A stretch of DNA of 64,000 bases, from the NCBI GenBank assembly GCA_021796115.1, contig JAJYOP010000001.1, positions 119,755 through 183,754 of the forward strand, read 5' to 3'. A program made the translations under genes and the position numbers. Within the stretch, counting starts at the first letter, position 1, and each line of letters opens with the position of its first letter. Positions 1 to 8,697 of this stretch are shown here, piece after piece. The notes under the pieces were generated by a model. It was not told where the DNA came from. It was given only the letters and a program-made list of their open reading frames with translations, and searched no databases. Source of the DNA: a bacterium. Lineage in GTDB: Bacteria > Omnitrophota > Gorgyraeia > Duberdicusellales > 4484-171.

Positions 1-66
1 CGTTTGGTCATTGGATGTTGAATATTGGAACTTGTTTGTACCTTGTCTCTTGGTTATTGGTTATTT
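1..66. repeat. Right arm of a long TTGG/ATTGG-word palindrome, truncated by the window edge
   Basis: Low-complexity TTGG/ATTGG words. The last 19 nt (48-66, TCTTGGTTATTGGTTATTT) are identical to 3417-3435, the end of the complete palindrome at 3236-3435. Confidence 0.6.
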
Positions 67-73
67 CTAGCGC

Positions 74-113
74 ATCTGTGCCCATCTGTGATTTGTATCT
101 GTGCTAATCTGTG
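74..113 (+). promoter_or_regulatory. ATCTGTG box array (4 exact boxes, 7-N3-7-N6-7-N3-7) upstream of ilvN
   Basis: Exact ATCTGTG at 74, 84, 97 and 107. The same spacing recurs at 42764, 49933 and 51929. Confidence 0.6.
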
Positions 114-133
114 TATGAGGAGCGAAGCGACGA

Positions 134-604
134 ATGAGACATATTATTTCAGCAACGGTAGATAATAAACCAGGTGTTCTTGCTAGAATTGCTGGATTAT
201 TTAGCGCGAGAGGTTACAATATAGCATCTTTAGCAGTAAGCGAAACCCTTGATCCCACTATTTCTTATCTGACTATGGTGGTTGAAGCCGAGGACGAGCG
301 GATATTGGAACAGATTAAAAAACAATTAAACAAACTTATAGATGTGATTACGGTTACTGATTTTACCAAAAAAGACCATATCGAAAGAGAACTCGTTCTT
401 TTGAAAATAGATTACTCTTCAAAAGATAAGGCAAAAATAGAGACTATCCTAAATAAATATGTGGCAAAAATTGTTTCGCACCAGGAGAACACCGCAATTA
501 TAGAAGCAGTAGGCAATCAAGAACAAATAAAACAACTTTTATCCGCACTTCTACAGTTCGGGATAAAAGAATTGGTTAGAACTGGAAGGCTCGCTATAGC
601 ATAA
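134..604 (+). CDS. ilvN: Acetolactate synthase small (regulatory) subunit
   Basis: N-terminal ACT-domain signature VDNKPGVLARIAGLFSARGYNIASL; followed by ilvC. Confidence 0.85.
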   Translation: MRHIISATVDNKPGVLARIAGLFSARGYNIASLAVSETLDPTISYLTMVVEAEDERILEQIKKQLNKLIDVITVTDFTKKDHIERELVLLKIDYSSKDKAKIETILNKYVAKIVSHQENTAIIEAVGNQEQIKQLLSALLQFGIKELVRTGRLAIA

Positions 605-606
605 GT

Positions 607-679
607 GTCAGAAGACAGACGACAGATGTCAGAAGTCAGAAAAAATCTGTCTTCTGTTGTCTGTCTTCTGACTTCTGAA
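607..679. repeat. Long imperfect hairpin of CAGAAG/CTTCTG words after ilvN (possible terminator)
   Basis: GTCAGAAGACAGACGACAGA... is complementary to ...TCTGTCTTCTGACTTCTGAC around an A6 loop. No clear U-tract follows. Confidence 0.55.
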
Positions 680-700
680 CAATAAAAAGGAGGTCCTAAG

Positions 701-1693
701 ATGGCTAAGGTGTATTACGATAAAGATGCAGATTTAAATCTTTTAAAAGGCAAAACTATTGCGATTATCGGCTACGGCATACAAGGCCGTGGTCAGGCGT
801 TATGTCTTCGTGATTCTGGCTCGAGCGTCGTGGTTTCAGAAATGCAGGGTACGCCGAACTATGAACAGGCTAAGAAGGATGGTTTTAATCCTGTTAGCGC
901 AGAAGAAGCTGCAAAACAAGCAGAGATTATTCAAATTCTTACCCAGGATCATGTCCAGGCGAAAGTTTATGTTGAGAGCATTAAACCAAATTTGAAAAAG
1001 GGGAAGGCTCTTTGTTTCTCTCACGGTTTTAACATCCGTTTTAAACAGATAAAACCGCCTAAGAGCGTTGACGTTTTTATGGTAGCTCCCAAAGGCCCTG
1101 GCGCGTTAGTCAGAAGAATGTACGAAGAGGGTAAAGGCGTTCCCTGTCTTGTAGCAGTTTTTCAGGACGCCACAGGAAATGCTTTAAAACTTGCCCTTGC
1201 CTATGCAAAAGCAATAGGCGGCACACGCATGGGAGTCATTGAAACTACTTTTGCCGAAGAAACCGAGACTGATTTGTTCGGTGAGCAAGCAGTTCTTTGC
1301 GGCGGAGTAAGCGAATTAATTAAGGCTGGCTTCGATACCTTAGTAGAAGCCGGCTATCAGCCAGAAATAGCTTATTTTGAGGTTTTACACGAACTTAAAC
1401 TAATCACCGATTTGATCCAGGAATTTGGCATAAGTGGTATGCGCCGCAGAGTTTCTAATACTGCTTGCTACGGAGATTTAACCAGAGGCCCGCGCATTAT
1501 CAACCAGCGGACACGCAAAGAGATGCAGAAGATTCTTAAAGAAATTCAGAAAGGAAAATTTGCCAAAGAATGGATTAAGGAAAATGAAACCGGCCGTAAC
1601 AATTTTAATCAGCTGCTTAAGGCTGGCGATGAGCATAAGATTGAGCAGGTGGGAAAGCAGTTGCGCGAGATGATGCCTTGGATGAAGAAATAG
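701..1693 (+). CDS. ilvC: Ketol-acid reductoisomerase
   Basis: [17 protein letters not shown] Rossmann motif, class I length (330 aa), GGAGG Shine-Dalgarno upstream. Confidence 0.95.
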   Translation: MAKVYYDKDADLNLLKGKTIAIIGYGIQGRGQALCLRDSGSSVVVSEMQGTPNYEQAKKDGFNPVSAEEAAKQAEIIQILTQDHVQAKVYVESIKPNLKKGKALCFSHGFNIRFKQIKPPKSVDVFMVAPKGPGALVRRMYEEGKGVPCLVAVFQDATGNALKLALAYAKAIGGTRMGVIETTFAEETETDLFGEQAVLCGGVSELIKAGFDTLVEAGYQPEIAYFEVLHELKLITDLIQEFGISGMRRRVSNTACYGDLTRGPRIINQRTRKEMQKILKEIQKGKFAKEWIKENETGRNNFNQLLKAGDEHKIEQVGKQLREMMPWMKK

Positions 1694-1733
1694 GGTCCAA
1701 GGTAAAGGGTTCAGAGTACAGAAAAGAAAAAAA

Positions 1734-3233
1734 ATGGAAAAGATTATAATTTTTGATACGACATTAAGAGACGGGGAACAGGCTCCAGGAGCATCTTTGA
1801 CGCCGGAACAGAAAATCGAAGTTGCTTATCAACTCGAAAAACTGGGCGTAGATGTGATTGAAGCAGGTTTTCCTATTGCCAGCCCCGGAGATTTTAATGC
1901 GGTAAAAACGATTTCGCAGAAAATTAAAAACCGTATTATCTGCGGCCTGGCAAGATGCATAAAAGCCGATATCGAAGCGGCGCGCGGTTCTCTACAAAAA
2001 GCAGCTAATCCGCGCATTCATCTTTTCCTTGCTACCTCAAAAATCCATCTGCAGTATAAATTCAGGAAAGCAGAAGACGAAATTCTTGAACTAGCAGTTA
2101 ATTCGGTAAAACTTGCACGTAAGTATTTTGATGATATAGAATTTTCTCCGGAGGATGCGACCCGTACAGACAGGGAATTTCTCTTTAGGGTAGTTGAGGC
2201 AGCGATTAATGAAGGGGCAAAAACAATCAATATTCCAGATACGGTAGGCTATAGCTACCCCCAAGAAATTCACTCGCTGATTTATTCGATACTGAATAAC
2301 GTGCCGAATATAAATAAGGCGGTAATTTCGATTCATTGCCATGATGATTTGGGAATGGCTACAGCAAACTCTCTTTCCGCCATCCTTGCCGGCGCGCGCC
2401 AGGCGCATTGCACAATAAACGGGATAGGCGAGCGCGCAGGCAATGCCTCGCTTGAAGAAATTGTTATGGCCCTTAAGACACGTAAAGATATTTTTGGAAA
2501 TTTTTGCAACAATATAAATACGCAAGAAATTTTCCGCGCTTCACGCATAGTAAGCACATTGACGGGTTTTGTTATCCCTCCCAACAAAGCGATAGTAGGA
2601 GAGAATGCTTTCAGGCATGAGTCAGGCATACATCAGGATGCGGTTTTAAAACAAAGAACAACCTATGAAATAATTGATCCAAAGGTTGTTGGTGTTGAAA
2701 AAAGCGAGCTCGTTCTTGGCAAACATTCCGGCAGGCACGCCCTTATTGCCAGGCTCAAAAACCTGGGTTTTTCTTTTGACGACAAAAAAGTAGAGCTTAT
2801 TTTCAAAAGGTTCAAGGAATTAGCCGATAAAAAGAAGGAAATTTTCAATGACGATCTTGTCGCGCTGGTTACCGAAGAAACCAGCGAGAAGAAGAAAAAT
2901 TATGAATTGGTGTCAATACAGATTTCTTCCGAAACAAAAAAATCCGCGCAAAGCACGGTAAAAATAAAACACAAGAAAAAAATTCATGAAGCCAGTTCAA
3001 AAGGTGACGGCCCGGTAGATGCCTGTTATAAAGCAATCGATAAAATTACGAAAATAAAAACTAAATTAATTGCCTATAACTTGGAAGCAGTAACCAAAGG
3101 AAAAGATGCCCAGGGGCTTGCCCGGGTTGAGATAAGCGTCAAAGGGAAAATGATAGCCGGCAAGGCCACAAGTACAGATGTTATCGAAGCTTCGGCCAAG
3201 GCGTATTTGGACGCTTTAAATAGAATAGCTTGA
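1734..3233 (+). CDS. leuA: 2-isopropylmalate synthase (citramalate synthase not excluded)
   Basis: IFDTTLRDGEQ and HCHDDLGMATAN motifs, C-terminal LeuA dimerisation/regulatory region. Confidence 0.8.
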   Translation: MEKIIIFDTTLRDGEQAPGASLTPEQKIEVAYQLEKLGVDVIEAGFPIASPGDFNAVKTISQKIKNRIICGLARCIKADIEAARGSLQKAANPRIHLFLATSKIHLQYKFRKAEDEILELAVNSVKLARKYFDDIEFSPEDATRTDREFLFRVVEAAINEGAKTINIPDTVGYSYPQEIHSLIYSILNNVPNINKAVISIHCHDDLGMATANSLSAILAGARQAHCTINGIGERAGNASLEEIVMALKTRKDIFGNFCNNINTQEIFRASRIVSTLTGFVIPPNKAIVGENAFRHESGIHQDAVLKQRTTYEIIDPKVVGVEKSELVLGKHSGRHALIARLKNLGFSFDDKKVELIFKRFKELADKKKEIFNDDLVALVTEETSEKKKNYELVSIQISSETKKSAQSTVKIKHKKKIHEASSKGDGPVDACYKAIDKITKIKTKLIAYNLEAVTKGKDAQGLARVEISVKGKMIAGKATSTDVIEASAKAYLDALNRIA

Positions 3234-3235
3234 GA

Positions 3236-3435
3236 AATAACCAAGTTCCAAGATACAATAACCAAACAATAAACAAATTACAATGTACAAATTACAGACA
3301 AATCACAATTCCAAAATTACAATGACCAAATTGTTTTTGTTTGTAATTTTGGAATTGTTTATTGTCTATTGTTTATAATTTGTTATTTGTATATTGTAAT
3401 TTATTTGTATCTTGTATCTTGGTTATTGGTTATTT
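3236..3435. repeat. ~200 bp imperfect palindrome built from CCAA/AATTACAA words
   Basis: Perfect 17-bp core stem CAATTCCAAAATTACAA (3306-3322) / TTGTAATTTTGGAATTG (3341-3357), with flanking arms imperfectly complementary out to 3236 and 3435. Confidence 0.75.
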
Positions 3436-3444
3436 AATAAAACT

Positions 3445-3903
3445 ATGCGCTACATTATTAATGTAATTGCCATACTCGTTGTGGCAGCTATAGTTTCGCT
3501 TGCTGTCTACTTCAAAAATAATTCTACAATTTATCCCTTCCAAGGCGACGTTCATAAATTTCTTAAAGAAGTTTCCCAGTTCATGACAGCAACGAAAAGA
3601 AACATAAACATGAGTATTGCCCCTACGCGGAGAAAAAAAATTACTTTTATCGATAAAGAATCGATTCTTCGTCAATATATCCCATGGGTTTTTGGAGAAT
3701 TTACCGATGGTGATTGGAAAAATTTCTGGGGACTTATTTATAACCCCATCTCTGACCCAAAAAGCAAATATGGCCAGAAAAGATACCGCGCCAAGGAAGA
3801 AATAGAAGGTTATCTTATTGAAAATTATTCGAATCCTTTCAGCTATTTCAATAAAAGCCAGTGGCAAGATTTCTGGAATATTGTAGGCGCAGATATACAA
3901 TAA
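3445..3903 (+). CDS. Hypothetical membrane-anchored protein
   Basis: Start moved to MRYIINVIAILVV because the 3412 start lies inside the palindrome arm. One N-terminal TM helix; no family recognised. Confidence 0.5.
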   Translation: MRYIINVIAILVVAAIVSLAVYFKNNSTIYPFQGDVHKFLKEVSQFMTATKRNINMSIAPTRRKKITFIDKESILRQYIPWVFGEFTDGDWKNFWGLIYNPISDPKSKYGQKRYRAKEEIEGYLIENYSNPFSYFNKSQWQDFWNIVGADIQ

Positions 3904-3912
3904 ATATTATTA

Positions 3913-4776
3913 ATGTCTAAAACTCCCGCCATATTCGGTTTGTTGGGTTTTCCGGTAAGCCACAGTTTTTCGCCGGCTATGCATAACGCCGCCTTTAAAC
4001 ACCTTAACATTAACGCCGAATATAAATTGTTCGAAAAAAGGCCGGAAGAGGTAGAGAAATTTATTACTTCCTTAGAGAAGCAGAGTATTTCCGGCCTAAA
4101 CGTGACGGTTCCTTACAAAGAGAAGGTATTAGATTATGTAAAGATAGATAACGATTCTTTTTATGTCAGGCAAATAAAAGCAGTAAATACAATAGTAATG
4201 GAAAACGGCGTTCGAAAAGGATTTAATACCGATGCCCCGGGTTTCGAGAGGGATTTGAAAGAAAAAAGCGGGGATCCAAAAAATAAAAAAGCAGCTATTT
4301 TGGGTGCCGGAGGCGCTTCGCGTGCCGTCAGCTTTGTTTTAGCGAAAACAAAAGTCAAGGAGATAGCCATATACGATATTGACAAAAATAAATCTAAGAA
4401 TATAGTGGATTTAATTAAAAGTTTATTTCCGGGTTTTGCCATTTATTCGGTAAATCAGATAGAAGAATTAAAAATTAAAGAAAAAGACCTGCTTATTAAC
4501 GCAACCCCTATCGGTATGAAACCTGATGATCCTTGCCTGGTTATGGAAGAAATGCTGCATAAGAAGTTATTCGTTTACGACGTTATTTATAATCCGGTCA
4601 AAACAAAATTATTGGCCTTGGCGGAAAGGGCTGGAGCGAAAACAGCAAATGGTTTAGGTATGCTTTTATATCAAGGCGTAATCTCTTTTGAGTATTTTAC
4701 AGGAGAAAAAGCGCCCATAGATATAATGCAAAAAACACTTGAGGAGAGCCTGAAAAATGCCGGAAGCCGTAAATAG
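3913..4776 (+). CDS. aroE: Shikimate dehydrogenase
   Basis: GLLGFPVSHSFSPAMHNAAF and GAGGASRAV motifs. Confidence 0.9.
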   Translation: MSKTPAIFGLLGFPVSHSFSPAMHNAAFKHLNINAEYKLFEKRPEEVEKFITSLEKQSISGLNVTVPYKEKVLDYVKIDNDSFYVRQIKAVNTIVMENGVRKGFNTDAPGFERDLKEKSGDPKNKKAAILGAGGASRAVSFVLAKTKVKEIAIYDIDKNKSKNIVDLIKSLFPGFAIYSVNQIEELKIKEKDLLINATPIGMKPDDPCLVMEEMLHKKLFVYDVIYNPVKTKLLALAERAGAKTANGLGMLLYQGVISFEYFTGEKAPIDIMQKTLEESLKNAGSRK

Positions 4777-5599
4777 AATTTTTGTTTTTATCTTCGGAAC
4801 CATTGTTGGCAGTTTCTTGAATGTTTGCATATACAGGCTGCCGAAGGATGCTTCCATAGTAAAGCCCCGTTCTTTTTGCCCGCATTGTAAAACTCCCATA
4901 CTTTTCTACGATAATATACCCATAATAAGCTTTATTTTACTTAGAGGAAAATGCCGCAGCTGCAAAGAGAAAATTTCTTTAAGATACCCGCTGGTCGAAC
5001 TCATTACCGCCATAATATTTTTGGCGCTCTATCTTCATTTAGGGTTATCATGGCAACTGGCAAAATACATGTTCTTTTTCTCTCTACTTATCGTTGTATC
5101 GTTCATAGATATTGATTATCACGCGATACCCGCATACTTATGTTTTATCGGAATCGTGATGGGGTTGCTGTTTGAAGCAATCGCCACCGTAAATTTGCTA
5201 AAAGCAGGCCAGCTTACCAGCTTGGAGCTTATGCCCATATATATTTCTCTGCAAGGGCTGATTTTTGGTATGGGTTTTACTTACCTTTTCAAATTTTTCG
5301 GAGATATACTTCTCAGTATCTACCTTGGATTCCGCAAGAAAGAGTCTATCGAGGGAGAGAAAGAATCGCTTGGCTTGGGCGATGTTGACTTTATGGGCCT
5401 GGTCGGAGTGTTTCTTGGCATAAAAGCAGTAATTGTTGTTTTTTTTCTTGCACCTTTCTTTGCGCTACTTTATTCTGCTGGTGCATTATTTTTTAAAAAA
5501 TCTCATCTGATACCTTATCTCCCTTATCTTTCTCTGGCGACGGCAGTTTTCTTTTTTTGGGGAAATCAAATATTGAGATTTATCGGGTTTACTTTTTAA
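4757..5599 (+). CDS. pilD: Prepilin peptidase / N-methyltransferase (A24 family)
   Basis: CPHC...CRSC zinc motif, polytopic membrane protein, GLGDVDFMG aspartyl motif. Overlaps aroE by 20 nt. Confidence 0.85.
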   Translation: MPEAVNRIFVFIFGTIVGSFLNVCIYRLPKDASIVKPRSFCPHCKTPILFYDNIPIISFILLRGKCRSCKEKISLRYPLVELITAIIFLALYLHLGLSWQLAKYMFFFSLLIVVSFIDIDYHAIPAYLCFIGIVMGLLFEAIATVNLLKAGQLTSLELMPIYISLQGLIFGMGFTYLFKFFGDILLSIYLGFRKKESIEGEKESLGLGDVDFMGLVGVFLGIKAVIVVFFLAPFFALLYSAGALFFKKSHLIPYLPYLSLATAVFFFWGNQILRFIGFTF

Positions 5600-5612
5600 T
5601 TCGGAGGTAAAA

Positions 5613-6740
5613 ATGAGAATATTAACCTCAGGAGAATCGCACGGCGAATATATTGCTGCCATAATAGAAGGTTTTCCCAAGGGTGTGCTGATAGAGCAGG
5701 ATTTTATAAATCATGAGTTAAAGCGCAGAATGCAGGGTGTTGGCCGCGGCAAGCGTATGCTTATCGAAGATGATAAGATAGAAATAGTTTCCGGGTTACG
5801 TAATAAAATTTCTCTTGCCAGCCCCATAACCGTTTTATTAAGAAATAAAGATGTAAAAATATTTACGCAAAATAAAGACGAATTACCCGTACTTTCCATA
5901 CCGCGGCCTGCTCATGCTGATTTGGCAGGAGCGCTTAAATACAAAGAAGCCGATATCAGAAACATCCTTGAACGCGCTTCAGCGCGGGAAACCGTCGGCC
6001 GGGTCTGTGCTGGCGCCATATGCAAACAATTCCTCTCAAATTTCGGGATAGATATTGCAAGTTTTACTGTAAGCGTTGGAGAAGCTGCTTCTCATATTAA
6101 ACCCAAAAGTGTTTCTGATATAAAAACAAAAGTAAAGAATTCAAAACTTAATTGTATAGACATAACAATTGAAAAATCGATGATTCGTGAGATAGAAAAA
6201 GTCGGAAGCAATAAAGACAGCCTCGGCGGAGTTACAGAAATTTGGATAGATGGCCTACCGGCCGGTCTTGGCACATTCATGCATTTCGATAAGCGTCTTG
6301 ACGCAAAGCTTGCCGCAAGCCTTATGAGCATCCCCGGAGTAAAAGGTGTCGAAATAGGCCTTGGTTTTGATTACGCAAAGAAAAAGGGTTCTCTCTCGCA
6401 TGACGAAATTTATTATTCAAAAGCAAAAGGTTTTTACCGGGAGACAAACAATTCAGGCGGAATAGAAGGCGGCATCTCAACTGGCGAGCCAATTATTATA
6501 AGAATAGCCATGAAACCCATTGCAACTCTCCGGCAGCCTCTCAATTCGGTAAATATTGCTACAAAGAAAAAAGAAAAAGCAATCGTTGAGCGTTCCGACA
6601 CCTGTGCTATCGCTGCCTGCGGCGTAATTGCTGAAAATATGAGCGCCATAACCATAACCGAAAGTTTTTTAGACAAATTTGGCTGCGATAGCCTTGACGA
6701 GATAAAGGTTAACTATCGGAATTATGTTAGAACGCCCTGA
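5613..6740 (+). CDS. aroC: Chorismate synthase
   Basis: MRILTSGESHG N-terminus, SARETVGRV motif. Confidence 0.93.
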   Translation: MRILTSGESHGEYIAAIIEGFPKGVLIEQDFINHELKRRMQGVGRGKRMLIEDDKIEIVSGLRNKISLASPITVLLRNKDVKIFTQNKDELPVLSIPRPAHADLAGALKYKEADIRNILERASARETVGRVCAGAICKQFLSNFGIDIASFTVSVGEAASHIKPKSVSDIKTKVKNSKLNCIDITIEKSMIREIEKVGSNKDSLGGVTEIWIDGLPAGLGTFMHFDKRLDAKLAASLMSIPGVKGVEIGLGFDYAKKKGSLSHDEIYYSKAKGFYRETNNSGGIEGGISTGEPIIIRIAMKPIATLRQPLNSVNIATKKKEKAIVERSDTCAIAACGVIAENMSAITITESFLDKFGCDSLDEIKVNYRNYVRTP

Positions 6741-7000
6741 AAAACACACTTTACAGCGCAGAAGCGCTAAATCCCGCAAAAACGCAAAAAGGGAAAGCCT
6801 GAAGATTCATTTCATTCTTAGGTTTTGCGCTTTTACGGTAATTTTGTGCCTTTGCGGTGTAAATGGATTTTTTCAGAAGCCAGCGTTAAAAACCTTGACA
6901 ATTTAAGAAATTTCTGTAATTTATTTATAATACGAATAACCAGGAATCAAAGACGAGTAATCACTAATCTATTTGTGGAAATTCGTCCTTTGCTTCAGGT

Positions 7001-7062
7001 GGTTCGACTTTGCTCACCACAAGTCGTTCGTTCAGGAGGACTTTAAGCGCAGTCGAAGGGTC
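7001..7062. repeat. ~60 nt element bounded by the inverted repeat TTCGACT / AGTCGAA(GGG)
   Basis: Shares TTCGACTTTGCTCA and AGTCGAAGGGT with 42684-42735. Confidence 0.55.
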
Positions 7063-7112
7063 GTTTTGGATTCATGGCGATTCGTGTCAAAAAGGAGGAG
7101 GTGTTAAAAAGT

Positions 7113-7478
7113 ATGACTAAATTGTGTAAAATTTTATTGTGCGTTTTATGCTTAACTATGACAGGCGTGATGAATCCAGCAATTACTTTTTCCCAATCAG
7201 CAAAAGAATCAGCCGGCGAAGGGCCAGCAGTACAAGAAGCTTCAGGCGAAATAGTTTCCGTAGACGCAGCTAACCAGACAGTGGTAGTAAAAGTAAAGCA
7301 AAATGAAGCTGGGGAAACTTTCCAGGAAGTCAAACTTTTGGTTGGTACAAATACGATGATTGATAGCGAAAGTTCCAGCTTGACCATTTCCGATCTCAAA
7401 CCAGGAAACAGGGTAACAATAGTTTACGAAACGACAGCCAACGGCATAAATAAAGCGAATTCAATTATGGTTAAGTAG
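7113..7478 (+). CDS. Hypothetical secreted protein
   Basis: Start moved to MTKLCKILLCVLCL (AGGAGGAGG Shine-Dalgarno at ~7093). Has a signal peptide; no family recognised. Confidence 0.55.
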   Translation: MTKLCKILLCVLCLTMTGVMNPAITFSQSAKESAGEGPAVQEASGEIVSVDAANQTVVVKVKQNEAGETFQEVKLLVGTNTMIDSESSSLTISDLKPGNRVTIVYETTANGINKANSIMVK

Positions 7479-7537
7479 GCCATAATAAGGGGATGCATAA
7501 ATCAATTATGTTTGACAGCCCCGCTCGTTATACTCGC

Positions 7538-7600
7538 GGGGTAATTCGACTAAATACTTTTTTGACGGGAAGTCTAAAAAAGTATAGTCTCATTAAAGGA
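7538..7600 (+). promoter_or_regulatory. Conserved leader hairpin, copy 1 (GGGGTAATTCGAC - AU-rich stem - GTCTCATT - SD)
   Basis: Stem ATACTTTTTTGAC / GTC(T)AAAAAAGTAT. Homologous copies at 10370-10435 and 52291-52355. Confidence 0.6.
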
Positions 7601-7601
7601 G

Positions 7602-8078
7602 ATGAAAATGAAAAAAATCGCTTTCTTAATGGCGCTCATAATGATCTTCAGTATTTCCTGTGCTAAAAAAGCAGAAAAAAAGGTAGAAGCACCTCTTGAG
7701 TCAGAAACAATTGTTCCAGAAACAACAAATCCTGTCACACTCGAACCGCAGCCTCAAGGCACAACCATGACTACCAAAGAAGGCACATCTGTGGTAACGA
7801 AGGATGCTCTTACGCCTCAAGTGCCGGTTGCTACGGAGACCGCAGGTGCATCGGAGAAACCAACCCCAGAAAATATTCAAACTGCCTTAAAAAACGCTGG
7901 TTTATATACAGGCAATGTTGACGGAAAGATCGGCCCAAAAACAAAAAAAGCAATAGAAGCATTCCAGAAGCAGAACGGTTTAACTGCCGATGGCAAGGTT
8001 GGCCCAAAGACTTGGGATAGACTTAAAAGCTATTTAAGTAAAACAACAGAAGCTGTTCCGGCAGGAATCAAGAACTAA
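7602..8078 (+). CDS. Lipoprotein with C-terminal peptidoglycan-binding (PG_binding_1-like) domain
   Basis: Lipobox FSISC; C-terminal IQTALKNAGLYTGNVDGKIGPKTKKAIEAFQKQNGLTADGKVGPKTW. Confidence 0.75.
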   Translation: MKMKKIAFLMALIMIFSISCAKKAEKKVEAPLESETIVPETTNPVTLEPQPQGTTMTTKEGTSVVTKDALTPQVPVATETAGASEKPTPENIQTALKNAGLYTGNVDGKIGPKTKKAIEAFQKQNGLTADGKVGPKTWDRLKSYLSKTTEAVPAGIKN

Positions 8079-8132
8079 AGAGAGCGATAGATTATACAAA
8101 CAGAAGAGCAGAATTCAGTTGATATTTCAAAA

Positions 8133-8158
8133 CAGGGAACGGCTTAAACCGTTCCCTG
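8133..8158 (+). terminator. Hairpin CAGGGAACGG-loop-CCGTTCCCTG
   Basis: 10-bp perfect stem after the stop codon. A near-identical hairpin lies at 44721-44747. Confidence 0.6.
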
Positions 8159-8262
8159 CGAGAATTTTTATCCACCCAATTCTTATTTGACATTTCTAAA
8201 AGGAAGTATAAAATAAACTAATTCAGCTTTAAAGATTTTCAGGTTTAAGAAGGAGGTTTTAA

Positions 8263-8688
8263 ATGTTTTTAAAGATTATTTTCTCGGCTATACTAGTCTT
8301 GGGGCTGGTGGGGTGTGCAACTGGAAAGAATAGCGAACTTTCCGGCAGCCAAGGGCAAGAAATGCAGGCAAAGATTTCAGATTTAGAAAAGCAATTACAA
8401 TATAAAGATGAAGAAATCCGTGATTTAGAGGAAAAATTATCTAAGGCAAAAGTCCCGGAAACGACAGAAATAGTCAACGCTTCAGAAGTAGATATTACAA
8501 AAGTTACGCCAAAGAACATTCAAACCGCATTAAAAAATGCCGGATTTTATAGCGGAACAATAGATGGTAAAATCGGCAAAAAAACAAAGGAAGCAGTAAA
8601 AGAATTTCAAAAAGCAAACGAATTAAAAGCTGATGGAGTAGTTGGTAAACAGACCTGGATTAAATTACAAAAATATATCCAGCAATAA
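8263..8688 (+). CDS. Lipoprotein with coiled-coil and C-terminal peptidoglycan-binding domain (paralog of 7602-8078)
   Basis: Lipobox LVGC; C-terminal IQTALKNAGFYSGTIDGKIGKKTKEAVKEFQKANELKADGVVGKQTW. Confidence 0.75.
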   Translation: MFLKIIFSAILVLGLVGCATGKNSELSGSQGQEMQAKISDLEKQLQYKDEEIRDLEEKLSKAKVPETTEIVNASEVDITKVTPKNIQTALKNAGFYSGTIDGKIGKKTKEAVKEFQKANELKADGVVGKQTWIKLQKYIQQ

Positions 8689-8697
8689 AAATATTTT

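Noticed and set aside
74-113. ATCTGTG repeats as a CRISPR array or as DnaA boxes / oriC
   Set aside because: The repeats are only 7 nt with 3-7 nt gaps, so there is no repeat-spacer structure and no cas genes. The heptamer does not match the TTATCCACA DnaA box, and no dnaA or dnaN gene is nearby.
3430-3900. 156-aa ORF on the minus strand, almost co-extensive with the + strand ORF 3412-3903
   Set aside because: The + strand product has a clean N-terminal TM helix and ordinary composition. The minus-strand product looks like an antisense shadow in AT-rich DNA and has no Shine-Dalgarno.
6724-7046. Small ORFs (60 and 73 aa) in the aroC downstream spacer
   Set aside because: They run through palindromic and repeat sequence and have no Shine-Dalgarno and no recognisable features. 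The region is better explained as structured non-coding DNA.
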